64,000 nt of DNA from Actinomycetota bacterium (GCA_046731695.1 JBKPLR010000001.1:4442-68441), one strand, 5' to 3'; counted from the stretch's first letter, positions 28,446-36,417 are shown. Translations and numbers: made by a program. Notes: a model not told the origin generated them from the sequence alone.

Positions 28446-29114
28446 ATGTCCCGCGCTCGTCTCGCCCTGGTCGCGGGGGCGGTCGCCACAGCCCTCGCGT
28501 GTTCTTTCGCACCGTCCGCCTTGGCGTGCACGCGCGGCTACTCGTACGCCGGCCTGTACGCGTCGCGCCCTTCCTTCGGCGTCGCCGCCTCGCTGAGCAT
28601 GCTCGAGTTGCCGACCGTCTCCACCGGCCACGTCGCCGCGTGGGTCGGAGTTGGTGGCCCTGGGCTCGGGCCGAACGGCGCGGACGAGTGGCTCCAGGTC
28701 GGCCTCGCGTCGTTCGACTCGTCAGGCGGGCGGCTCTACTACGAGCTGACCCTGCCCGGCCGCGAAGCGGAGTACGTCGAGCTCGCATCCGGGATCGAGC
28801 CCGGTCGCGTCGTCCGCGTGGCCCTGCTCGAGCTGCCAATCGCGCCGGGCAACTGGGTCGTGATCAGCCCGGCCGGCATTGCGGGCCCCTTCTATCTGCC
28901 CGCCAGCCACGACGCGTGGGGCCCGGTGGTCACGGCGGAGAGCTGGGCTCCCGGCGGCTCTCGGTGCAACCGCTCCGCGTATCGGTTCGGCCGGGTCGAG
29001 CTGGCCTCTGCGCACGGAAGATGGGAGCGCCTGCGGCACGCTTCGAAGCTGGAGGATCCGGGCTGGCGCCTGCGTCGGCTCTCTCCGTCGACGTTCAGCG
29101 CCAGCGGAATCTGA
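28446..29114 (+). CDS. Secreted hypothetical protein, possibly G1 (eqolisin)-like/concanavalin fold
   Basis: ORF 28434..29114; ATG 28446 gives a signal-peptide-like MSRARLALVAGAVATALACSFAPSALA. AAWVGVGG...EWLQVG...YYE loosely recalls the WVGIDG/LQTG pattern of glutamic peptidases. Confidence 0.5.
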   Translation: MSRARLALVAGAVATALACSFAPSALACTRGYSYAGLYASRPSFGVAASLSMLELPTVSTGHVAAWVGVGGPGLGPNGADEWLQVGLASFDSSGGRLYYELTLPGREAEYVELASGIEPGRVVRVALLELPIAPGNWVVISPAGIAGPFYLPASHDAWGPVVTAESWAPGGSRCNRSAYRFGRVELASAHGRWERLRHASKLEDPGWRLRRLSPSTFSASGI

Positions 29115-29131
29115 CGGCGACGAGCCTGGGC

Positions 29132-29137
29132 TACAAT
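29132..29137 (+). promoter_or_regulatory. -10-like TACAAT upstream of tRNA-Gln
   Basis: TACAAT lies 21 nt before the mature tRNA 5' end. Confidence 0.4.
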
Positions 29138-29158
29138 TCCCGCGCCGCAACGGCACGT

Positions 29159-29229
29159 TGCGGGGTCGTCTAACGGTAGGACGCTCGGCTCTGGACCGAG
29201 TAGTCTAGGTTCGAATCCTAGCCCCGCAG
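29159..29229 (+). tRNA. tRNA-Gln (anticodon CTG)
   Basis: Hand-folded cloverleaf: acceptor TGCGGGG/CCCCGCA (U1-A72), anticodon stem CTCGG/CCGAG with loop CT-CTG-GA, T arm CTAGG-TTCGAAT-CCTAG, discriminator G. CCA is not encoded. Confidence 0.9.
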
Positions 29230-29243
29230 CCTCGTTTTCCGGC

Positions 29244-29480
29244 CTAGCCCGAACGGTCTCGGGCGCGCCGCTCCTCGACCGACTCGCCCTCCTGCGGCGC
29301 CCCTGCCGGCCCGCTCATGACAACGCCTTCCTCCTCGACGAGCTCACGCGGATCGGCGTGGCGATACTCCTCGCTCTGAACGCCTCCACGTGGATCGCCT
29401 TCGACGTCCAGGGCGTGCGGATCGCCTTCCTGCTTGTCGGCGCGATGCTTCTCGCCGCGCTTTCGCCATCGTCCCGGCAT
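29244..29480 (-). CDS. Hypothetical small acidic hydrophilic protein (78 aa) between the two tRNAs
   Basis: MPGRWRKRGEKHRADKQEGDPHALDVEGDPRGG...; high GC3. GGGAAG lies about 12 nt and TAGTGT about 25 nt upstream of the ATG. The longer ORF 29244..29693 overlaps tRNA-Glu and is rejected. Confidence 0.3.
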   Translation of the reverse strand: MPGRWRKRGEKHRADKQEGDPHALDVEGDPRGGVQSEEYRHADPRELVEEEGVVMSGPAGAPQEGESVEERRARDRSG

Positions 29481-29504
29481 GGTTCGGTGCTTCCCGTTCG
29501 CCGC

Positions 29505-29512
29505 TACACTAA
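29505..29512. promoter_or_regulatory. Symmetric TACACTA box: TACACT (+) for tRNA-Glu, TAGTGT (-) toward the small ORF
   Basis: TACACT ends 12 nt before the tRNA-Glu 5' end; its near-reverse complement TAGTGT faces the 78-aa ORF. Confidence 0.4.
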
Positions 29513-29522
29513 GCCTCTTCCG

Positions 29523-29595
29523 GGCGCATTCGTCTAGTGGCCTAGGACACCGCCCTCTCACGGCGGCGGCACGGGTTCGAATCCCGTATGCGCCT
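29523..29595 (+). tRNA. tRNA-Glu (anticodon CTC)
   Basis: Acceptor GGCGCAT/ATGCGCC, anticodon stem CCGCC/GGCGG with loop CT-CTC-AC, T arm ACGGG-TTCGAAT-CCCGT. Confidence 0.9.
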
Positions 29596-29682
29596 TTCCC
29601 TGGCATTTGGTTAAGCCGAGTCCGGCTCGCCTGCCACCCGCAGCATAGGACTGGCGGCAGTCGAAGATGAGCCACTCGGCCC

Positions 29683-29928
29683 ATGGCGCTCAAAGCCGTG
29701 GCTCGGCATCCTCATGTCGTGCGGTTCTGCGGCGCCCGCCCACTCGTCAGCGCGTTCGTAATCTTCGCCATCGTCGCGGCTGTCCTGGCGTTGAGGTCGG
29801 CGCAGGCGATCGGCGCAAGTCACGACCAAACACCATGCGCGTGGGGCGCATCTTCGGTTAGCGCCGAGGAGACCGACGGGAAGCTCGTCGTCTCGCCTGT
29901 CGCGACCTCCGGCTGCATCCCGAAGTAG
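29683..29928 (+). CDS. Hypothetical small protein with an N-terminal TM/signal anchor
   Basis: 81 aa, ...PLVSAFVIFAIVAAVLALRSAQA...; moderate GC3, no recognisable homology. Confidence 0.3.
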   Translation: MALKAVARHPHVVRFCGARPLVSAFVIFAIVAAVLALRSAQAIGASHDQTPCAWGASSVSAEETDGKLVVSPVATSGCIPK

Positions 29929-30053
29929 CGCGTCCCGCCGAACGACAATGGCGCCACGATCGTGGCGAGGCTGTGCTAAGCAGAGACAGCGAGTAGAGGT
30001 TCATTGGAGACGGCACGTTCGGAGCGCGGGTTTTTCGCCGTGATGCCGATGCA

Positions 30054-30281
30054 GTGCAGATGGAGTTCGCTATCCCTCTCGCCGGTTTCGCGCTCGGCCT
30101 CGCGGTCGGACGCTGGTGGGTCGTCGCCGCCGCCGCCCCGTTCGGCGCCTACATCGCGTTGACGAATCCCCTCCCGGAGGAGCTCGGCACGTACGTCGCG
30201 ACGATGCTCACGCTGCTGCTCGCCTTCGCAATCACCGCTGGCGTCGGGCTTCGCCGCCTCAGGCGGCGCCGAGCTCTGTGA
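30054..30281 (+). CDS. Hypothetical small membrane protein
   Basis: 75 aa with two or three hydrophobic segments and a C-terminal RRLRRRR. Its 3' end overlaps the convergent pepF by 23 nt. Confidence 0.35.
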   Translation: MQMEFAIPLAGFALGLAVGRWWVVAAAAPFGAYIALTNPLPEELGTYVATMLTLLLAFAITAGVGLRRLRRRRAL

Positions 30282-31773
30282 GCAGCGGCCCGGTGTCGAG
30301 CGGCTCGAACCCGATCCGCGCGGCGATCTCCTCGCTCGAAGGCTTGGTCCCTTCGGAAAAGAGGGCCCGCAGGCGTTCGCCGGTCTCCGTGCTCTCCCAC
30401 CAGCCCTTGCCGATCTCGCTCTCGAGATAGGCGCGGAGCTGGGCGGAGCGGATCCATGCGCGCAGATAGTCCGCTGAATAGAAGCCGGCGTCCATATCCG
30501 CGAGGTAGCCGTCGGCGCGGTACCGCACCCCGGTCGCGTCCGTGAGCCGCTCGGCGTACCCGCCACTCGTGCCGCCGTCCTCCCCGAACCGGTCCCAGAA
30601 CTCGAGCTCGAACTGCAGCTTCGCGGCGTAGCGCTTGAAGAGGACCGCCTCGATGAACACCGTCGCCTCCGCGTTCTGCGCGGCCTCCTCGTCGGTGAGC
30701 TCGAAGTAGCGCGCGTGCCAGCCCGGCTCGCGTGAGATCGCCTCGAGGATGTACGAGTAGATCTCAGTCAGCGCGTGATCCCGCGAGATGTTGCGGAACG
30801 TGTACGGCAGCGCCGGGTCGCAGCCGGCGTAGTGGAGCGCATGGCCGGCCTCGTGCAGGAATGCCTGATAGTCGTGGAGGCCGCCCTGGGCCCGCGTGAT
30901 CAGGTGGACGACCTGCGGCGGATCGGACGGGATGACGCACGCGCGCGGTGACTTCTGCGGCCGGTCGTCGAGGTCGAGCTTGATGTTGGGCTCCGACTCG
31001 AGGTCGAGCCCCAGCCGCGAGAGCGTGTCCATGCAGATCGGAACGGCCCGCTCTTTGGTATAGATCTTCTCGAGCGGTGAGAGCCGCCGGACGTACGCGA
31101 CGTGGTAGGAGCTCGGCATCTCCTCGCGCTCCGGCCCGAGCAGGCGCTCGAACCAGACCTCCCGCAGGCTCGTGTAGACGTCCTCCGCAGCGTCGCTTGC
31201 ACGCGCGAGGGCGCCCTCGAGCTCCCGCAGCGAGATCCCCTTCTCCTCCTCGTTCCGCTCAACGGGATCGTCGGTCCCGCTGATCTCGGCCTCCAGCTGC
31301 TCGCCCGCGCGCAGCACGTCGAGCCGCTGGTCGTTGAACGTGGCCGAGAGGTCGCCGGCGTGCCGGCCGAGCTCCTCGCGGTCGGGGTACGAGGAGATCA
31401 CCGCCAGGCGCGCCTGCGCGGTGCGGATCGGGAGCTCTTCGCCCTTGAACTCCACGCGGGCCGCGAGGATCACGTTCTCGAGCGCGTCCTCCCGTTCCGC
31501 CAGCTCGGCTGCGATCAGTCCCGCCTCGCAGGTCTTCCGCAGCCGGTAGAGGCGCTCGCGCTCGTCACCCACGGGCGCTTCGCCTTCGGCCTCGCGCAGC
31601 GCCTCGAGCTGCTGCCGCGTGAAGAGATCGGAGTAGCGCGCGACGATCTCGGCGCGCTCGGAGACTTCCTTCTCGCCGACGCGTACCGCGCGCCCTTCCT
31701 CGGAGCGCTCGAACAGGTAGCGCTGAAGGCGCGACTCGTAATCGGCCGGCTTGAGGACTTCGGCGACGCTCAA
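30259..31773 (-). CDS. pepF: M3-family oligoendopeptidase (PepF-like)
   Basis: 504 aa with zinc motif FLHEAGHALH. The only available start is TTG 31771-31773, with TAGATT 9 nt upstream. Confidence 0.8.
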   Translation of the reverse strand: MSVAEVLKPADYESRLQRYLFERSEEGRAVRVGEKEVSERAEIVARYSDLFTRQQLEALREAEGEAPVGDERERLYRLRKTCEAGLIAAELAEREDALENVILAARVEFKGEELPIRTAQARLAVISSYPDREELGRHAGDLSATFNDQRLDVLRAGEQLEAEISGTDDPVERNEEEKGISLRELEGALARASDAAEDVYTSLREVWFERLLGPEREEMPSSYHVAYVRRLSPLEKIYTKERAVPICMDTLSRLGLDLESEPNIKLDLDDRPQKSPRACVIPSDPPQVVHLITRAQGGLHDYQAFLHEAGHALHYAGCDPALPYTFRNISRDHALTEIYSYILEAISREPGWHARYFELTDEEAAQNAEATVFIEAVLFKRYAAKLQFELEFWDRFGEDGGTSGGYAERLTDATGVRYRADGYLADMDAGFYSADYLRAWIRSAQLRAYLESEIGKGWWESTETGERLRALFSEGTKPSSEEIAARIGFEPLDTGPLLTELGAA

Positions 31774-31839
31774 GGTCGCGCCAATCTATCCGACTCCTGG
31801 GGCCGCGCCGCCGTATCTCTTTTCAGCGTCTGCTCGTTA

Positions 31840-31856
31840 TTATTCTTAAGCAATAA
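31840..31856. promoter_or_regulatory. AT-rich inverted repeat TTATT-N7-AATAA in the gltX-pepF spacer
   Basis: ttattcttaagcaataa stands out in otherwise GC-rich DNA; function unknown (operator or UP-like element). Confidence 0.3.
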
Positions 31857-31947
31857 AGGCGCCCGGCTTGACGTCCTCGCACTCAACCATGGACGACTTT
31901 CTCCCGAGACCAACAGCTCACTTTCGGCGCCAGGCCTGGCTCGAGTT

Positions 31948-33228
31948 TCAGCGAGCGCTCGATCCGCTCGGCCCGCCGCGGCCGCTGCCGCCCATTCGGG
32001 CGAGCGCCTCCTCCTTGCCCAGCAGCTCCAGGCTCTCGAACAGGCCGGGCGACACCGACGACCCGGTGACGGCCAGGCGAATCGGCTGAAACGCCTCGCG
32101 GGGCTTGAGCCCGAGGCGCTCAGCGAGCGCCCGTAGCGCCGCTTCGATGCTCTCGGCCTCGAACGGCTCGACCTCGGCCAGCGCAGCAGCGGCTTCCGGA
32201 AGCACGGCCCCGTCGCCGAGCTGTTCGGGATCCGGCTCCACGCGCGCGAACAGAAAGCCGGCAAACGCGGGGAACTCGCCGAACGTCGTGATCTTCTCCT
32301 GGACGAGCGGCGCCGCCCGCCGGATCAGCTCCTCGTCCCAGTCGTATCCGTGCTCATGCAGGTAGGCGACCAGGCGGTCGGCGTACTCGGCCAGCGGCAG
32401 CGCGCGCAAGTAGACGCCGTTGAAGTGGTTCAGCTTGGCGTAGTCGAATACCCCCGGGCTCGCGCCCACACGCTCCAGCGTGAAGCGCTCGACGATCTCG
32501 TCAACGCTCATGATCTCCGTGCGGTCGTCGTAGCTCCAGCCGAGCAGCGCCAGGTAGTTGGCGAGCGCCTCCGGGAGATAGCCCTGGTCGCGGAACTCCT
32601 CGACCGACGTCGCGCCGTGCCGCTTCGAGAGCTTCTTGCCGTCTGAACCAAGGATGTTCGCGACGTGCCCGTAGGCGGGAAGCGGCGCTCCGAGCGCCTC
32701 GAGGATCCGGATCTGTCTCGGCGTATTGGAGACGTGGTCGTCGCCGCGGACCACGTGCGTGATCCCGTCGAGCCAGTCCTCGACGGGGCTCGCGAAGTTG
32801 TAGGTCGGCCGGCCGTCGGCCCGGACGATCACGAGATCGTCGAGCCGCTCGTTCTTCCACTCGATTCGGCCGCGGATGAGGTCGTCCCAGGTCGTCACTC
32901 CCTCGTCGGGCATTCGAACGCGAATCGCGCCCTCGTCCTCGTAGGCCGTGCCCTCGGCGACAAGGCGCTGCGCCTCATCGCGGCAGCGATCCATCCGATC
33001 GAGCTGGAAGGTGACGTCGCCGTCCCAGTCGAGGCCGAGCCAGGTCAGCGAGTCCTGTATCTGCTGCGTGGCCTCCGCGACCTCGCGGCTCGTATCCGTA
33101 TTCTCGATCCGGAGACGGAACTCGCCGCCCTCGTGCCGGGCGAAGAGCCAGTTGAAGAGCGCCGTGTGGACGCCTCCGATGTGGAGGAAGCCGGTCGGGC
33201 TAGGCGCGAAGCGGACTCGGACGGTCAC
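31948..33228 (-). CDS. gltX: Glutamate--tRNA ligase
   Basis: 426 aa, PSPTGFLHIGG (HIGH) and KLSKR (KMSKS); GTG start. Confidence 0.95.
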   Translation of the reverse strand: MTVRVRFAPSPTGFLHIGGVHTALFNWLFARHEGGEFRLRIENTDTSREVAEATQQIQDSLTWLGLDWDGDVTFQLDRMDRCRDEAQRLVAEGTAYEDEGAIRVRMPDEGVTTWDDLIRGRIEWKNERLDDLVIVRADGRPTYNFASPVEDWLDGITHVVRGDDHVSNTPRQIRILEALGAPLPAYGHVANILGSDGKKLSKRHGATSVEEFRDQGYLPEALANYLALLGWSYDDRTEIMSVDEIVERFTLERVGASPGVFDYAKLNHFNGVYLRALPLAEYADRLVAYLHEHGYDWDEELIRRAAPLVQEKITTFGEFPAFAGFLFARVEPDPEQLGDGAVLPEAAAALAEVEPFEAESIEAALRALAERLGLKPREAFQPIRLAVTGSSVSPGLFESLELLGKEEALARMGGSGRGGPSGSSAR

Positions 33229-33233
33229 GCGAT

Positions 33234-33240
33234 TAGCGTA
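33234..33240. promoter_or_regulatory. Symmetric TAGCGTA box giving -10 hexamers on both strands between gltX and ycaQ
   Basis: Plus strand: TAGCGT-actaac-GTG(33246). Minus strand: TACGCT-aatcgc-GTG(33228). The start codons are 17 bp apart. Confidence 0.5.
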
Positions 33241-33245
33241 CTAAC

Positions 33246-34280
33246 GTGGCCGAGCGAGTCCTGACCCTCCGCGAGCTGAATCGGACGACGCTGCTGCGTC
33301 AACTGCTTCTCCGGCGCGAGCGGCTGCCGGTCGCGCGAGCGATCGAGCGAATCGCCGCGCTGCAGGCGCAGTGGGCGCCCGCGCCGTACGTTGCGCTCTG
33401 GACGCGGCTCGAGGGTTTCGAGCGGCAGACGCTCGAGCGCGCGCTTGCCCGCGGCAGCGTCGTCAAGGGCCTGCTCATGCGGGCGACGATGCATCTCGTC
33501 TCGGCGCGCGACTATCCGTGGTTCGACGCATGCGTGCGGGAGACGCGGACTGCCGTCCGCACTCGCGGGACGAAACCGCCGCCCGCGCGTGTCGTCCGGC
33601 GAGCCGTCGCGCTGACCCGCGGCCGGCCGCACACCCGCCCGGAGCTGATGCGCGCGCTCGGCTACGAGCCGCGCACGCAGGATCCGGACGAGATCCGCGA
33701 GTTCAGCTGGGTCGTCGCCCTCGCGCGGCTCGAGCAGACACCGGAGGCGGCATTCTGGAGCTTCCGCGGCTCACCGTCGCTCCGGCCGATGGACCACGAG
33801 CTTCCGCCGCAGCCCGAGGCCGTCGGATACCTGATTCGCCGCTACCTCGCGGCCTTCGGGCCGGCGTCGCGGGCGGACGTCTCTCAGTGGAGCGGCGTGC
33901 CGGTCCGCGACCTCCTGCCGGGCTTCGAGTCGCTCAGGCTGCGGCGCTTCCGCGACGAGCAGGGGCGCGAGCTGCTCGACCTCCCGCGCGCGCCGTTGGC
34001 GGACGCCGACGTGCCCGCGCCGGTGCGGCTCCTGCCGCGGTGGGAGGAGCTGCTCCTCTCGCACAAGGACCGCACGCGCGTGCTGCCCGACGAGTACCGC
34101 GCGGACGTGATCGCCGTGAACGGCGACGTGCGGCAGGCGATCCTGGTGGACGGATTGGTCGCCGGCTACTGGGAGCGGGACGGCGACCGCGTTGCGCTGC
34201 ACCTGTTCGCGCCGCTGCCGCGCAAGGCTCGGCGGGAACTCGAAGACGAGGCCGGGCAGCTGGCGGCCTGGCTCCGCTAG
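33246..34280 (+). CDS. ycaQ: Winged-helix DNA glycosylase, YcaQ/AlkZ family (DUF1006)
   Basis: 344 aa, LNRTTLLRQLLLRRERLPVARAIERIAALQAQ...VKGLLMRATMHLVSA, characteristic of the crosslink-repair glycosylase family. Confidence 0.75.
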   Translation: MAERVLTLRELNRTTLLRQLLLRRERLPVARAIERIAALQAQWAPAPYVALWTRLEGFERQTLERALARGSVVKGLLMRATMHLVSARDYPWFDACVRETRTAVRTRGTKPPPARVVRRAVALTRGRPHTRPELMRALGYEPRTQDPDEIREFSWVVALARLEQTPEAAFWSFRGSPSLRPMDHELPPQPEAVGYLIRRYLAAFGPASRADVSQWSGVPVRDLLPGFESLRLRRFRDEQGRELLDLPRAPLADADVPAPVRLLPRWEELLLSHKDRTRVLPDEYRADVIAVNGDVRQAILVDGLVAGYWERDGDRVALHLFAPLPRKARRELEDEAGQLAAWLR

Positions 34281-34290
34281 CGTCAACTTC

Positions 34291-35199
34291 GTGCTCCTCG
34301 GCGGCCACTGCTCGGGCGGGATCAAGAAGGCGCTCGACAACGCCCACGCCTTCGGGATGGACGCCGTGCAGCTGTTTGCCCAGAGCCCGCGCACCTGGCG
34401 TTTCCCCGACCACGATCCCGCCGACCTCGAGGCCTTCCGCGCCCGGCGCGAGGAGCTCGGGATCGGGGCCGTCTCCGTCCACGCGCTCTACCTGCTCAAC
34501 CTCGCGAGCCCGAAGAAGGACTTCTACGAGAAGAGCGTCGCAACGCTGCGGTCGACAGTGGACACCGCCTGTGCAATCGGCGCGGAGGCGGTCGTGTTCC
34601 ACGTCGGTTCGCACCTCGGGTCCGGGTTCGAGGCAGGCCTCGAGCGAGTCGTGCCCGCCTTGGCACAGGCCCTCGAACGCTGCGACGACACCACCTGGCT
34701 CTGCATGGAGAACACCGCCGGCACAGGCGGGACGATCGGCCGGTCGGTCGAAGAGCTCGCGGCACTCTTCGACGCCCTCGACGCGCACCCGCGGCTCGGG
34801 CTCTGCCTCGACTCCTGCCACCTATTCGCGTCCGGGTACGACATCACCGACCGCAACACGCTCGACCAGGTGCTCGCCGAACTCGACGAAGCAATCGGGC
34901 TGGACCGCCTGCGCTGTCTCCACGTGAACGACTCGAAGACGCCGCTCGGGTCGAACCGCGATCGGCACGACAACATCGGCGACGGGCTGATCGGCGAGAA
35001 GCTGACGGTCTTTCTCGGCCATCCGAAGCTGCAGGGTCTTCCGGCGCTGCTCGAGGTCCCAGGCACTGACGGCCACGGACCGGACGCAGAACAGATGAAG
35101 AGGCTCCGGAAGCTTTACGCGAAGGCTACGAGGCGCGGATCTGGGCGAAGACCCGGAAAGACGGCTCGCCCACCGGCAGCTCGTGGAACTCGGGGTTGA
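34291..35199 (+). CDS. nfo: Endonuclease IV
   Basis: Conserved part of ORF 34192..35199 from GTG 34291: HALYLLNLAS, FHVGSH, CMENTAG, LDSCH, HVNDSK. Confidence 0.9.
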   Translation: MLLGGHCSGGIKKALDNAHAFGMDAVQLFAQSPRTWRFPDHDPADLEAFRARREELGIGAVSVHALYLLNLASPKKDFYEKSVATLRSTVDTACAIGAEAVVFHVGSHLGSGFEAGLERVVPALAQALERCDDTTWLCMENTAGTGGTIGRSVEELAALFDALDAHPRLGLCLDSCHLFASGYDITDRNTLDQVLAELDEAIGLDRLRCLHVNDSKTPLGSNRDRHDNIGDGLIGEKLTVFLGHPKLQGLPALLEVPGTDGHGPDAEQMKRLRKLYAKATRRGSGRRPGKTARPPAARGTRG

Positions 35200-35545
35200 C
35201 GCAGCCGAGCTCCTCCGTCCGGCTCTCGTAGCACGCCTCGACCTCGACCTGGCAGAACGGCAGGGGCGGCGCGGTCACGCGCACGGCACCGAAGCCGCCG
35301 CGCCGCGATTCGGCCTCACGCAAGAGATCGGCGTCGATCTCGACCTCGTAGACGTTCTGCATGCAGCCCACATAGGTGTGGCCGAACTCCTCATATGCGT
35401 AGAGGAACGGGCAGGCTTTGTCGACGCAGGCGGCCGGGTAGACGACCTTGTCGCAGTGGACTCCGCAGCGGCGGCATTCGACCTCGTCTTGCGGGCGTAG
35501 CGGGAGCTTGCTCGGGCTCGTCGCCGCCTGCTCGCGCATCTGCAT
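35126..35545 (-). CDS. Cys-rich hypothetical protein (9 Cys, CxxC)
   Basis: ORF 35126..35581 begins with TTG. ATG 35543-35545 (MQMREQ...) has CACAAT-N6 upstream. ECRRCGVHCDKVVYPAACVDKACPF...; overlaps the convergent nfo by 74 nt. Confidence 0.5.
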   Translation of the reverse strand: MQMREQAATSPSKLPLRPQDEVECRRCGVHCDKVVYPAACVDKACPFLYAYEEFGHTYVGCMQNVYEVEIDADLLREAESRRGGFGAVRVTAPPLPFCQVEVEACYESRTEELGCVNPEFHELPVGEPSFRVFAQIRAS

Positions 35546-35677
35546 ACCGGAATTGTGGGTGCAGTCATGGGTTCTGCGCAAGACTTGACAACGCCTGGCG
35601 CGAACGCTAAGGCGTCGCTTGCGACGCCGACCAGAAGAGGTCGTGCCGGCTTTTGCCGGTGCGACCGCTCAGGCGTT

Positions 35678-36403
35678 CTAGCCGTCGAGCAGGCGCCGGG
35701 CGACGTTGAGCACGTCGAATTGCGTGAATGCCTGGTGATCCGGCTCGCGGCCGTCCGGATGCTCGTCGGCCCGGAACCAGAGGGCCTGCACCGTTGTCAT
35801 GCCGAGCTCGCCGGCCCCGCGGATGTCCTCGTAGAGCCGGTCACCCACGAAGAGCGCTTCTTCGGGGTCTACTTCGAGCGTGTCGAGCGCGCGCCGGAAG
35901 ATCTCCGGATGCGGCTTCCGCTTCCCGACCTCGGACGAGAAGACGGCGAAGTCGAGTCGCTCGGCGAGGCCCATCTGGTCGAGGTCGCGCTGCAGAAGCC
36001 AGCGAGGATCGAAGGCGTTCGAGACGAGCGCGAGCTTGAGACCGCGGTCACGAAGGGACTCGAGCAGTGCGTGCGTGTCGGCGGCGAGTCGGCGGGCAGG
36101 GTCCCAGGCCCTGTGTTCCGCCTCGAGGAAACGATCGAGCTGCTCGTCGTCGAGCGTCACGCCGAAGTGACCGAGTAGCTCCCGCACGAGGCCCGGATAC
36201 TCGATCTCCTCGATCGTTCCCGGGATCCAGAAGAAGGGCTCGTAGTGCTCTCGGAAATGCTCGGTGACTCGCTCGACATCCGGGAGGTCCGCGTCGCCGA
36301 TCGCCTCGAGCCCGGCCCGGTGCCCCGCAGCGACGAGGTCGGGCTCGTAGGCGAACTGCATCAGCGTGTCGCCCCAGTCGAAGAGGACGGCGTCGAGCGG
36401 CAT
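35678..36403 (-). CDS. HAD-superfamily hydrolase
   Basis: 241 aa with motif I VLFDWGDTL, motif II VSN, motif III/IV GKRKP...FVGD. Confidence 0.85.
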   Translation of the reverse strand: MPLDAVLFDWGDTLMQFAYEPDLVAAGHRAGLEAIGDADLPDVERVTEHFREHYEPFFWIPGTIEEIEYPGLVRELLGHFGVTLDDEQLDRFLEAEHRAWDPARRLAADTHALLESLRDRGLKLALVSNAFDPRWLLQRDLDQMGLAERLDFAVFSSEVGKRKPHPEIFRRALDTLEVDPEEALFVGDRLYEDIRGAGELGMTTVQALWFRADEHPDGREPDHQAFTQFDVLNVARRLLDG

Positions 36404-36410
36404 GCGCGGC

Positions 36411-36417
36411 TAGGGTA
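36411..36417. promoter_or_regulatory. Symmetric TAGGGTA box between the HAD gene and cax
   Basis: Plus strand: TAGGGT-agcggc-GTG(36423). Minus strand: TACCCT-agccgcgc-ATG(36403). The start codons are 19 bp apart. Confidence 0.4.

Noticed and set aside
29244-29693. 149-aa minus-strand ORF spanning the tRNA spacer.
   Set aside because: Its 5' third overlaps tRNA-Glu (29523..29595). Only the distal 78 codons, from ATG 29480, are kept as a low-confidence candidate.
29596-30258. The tRNA-adjacent stretch with two small hypothetical ORFs considered as a remnant of an integrated element.
   Set aside because: There is no integrase, recombinase or phage-like gene, and I saw no direct repeat of the tRNA 3' end. 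The composition is not clearly different from the surrounding DNA.
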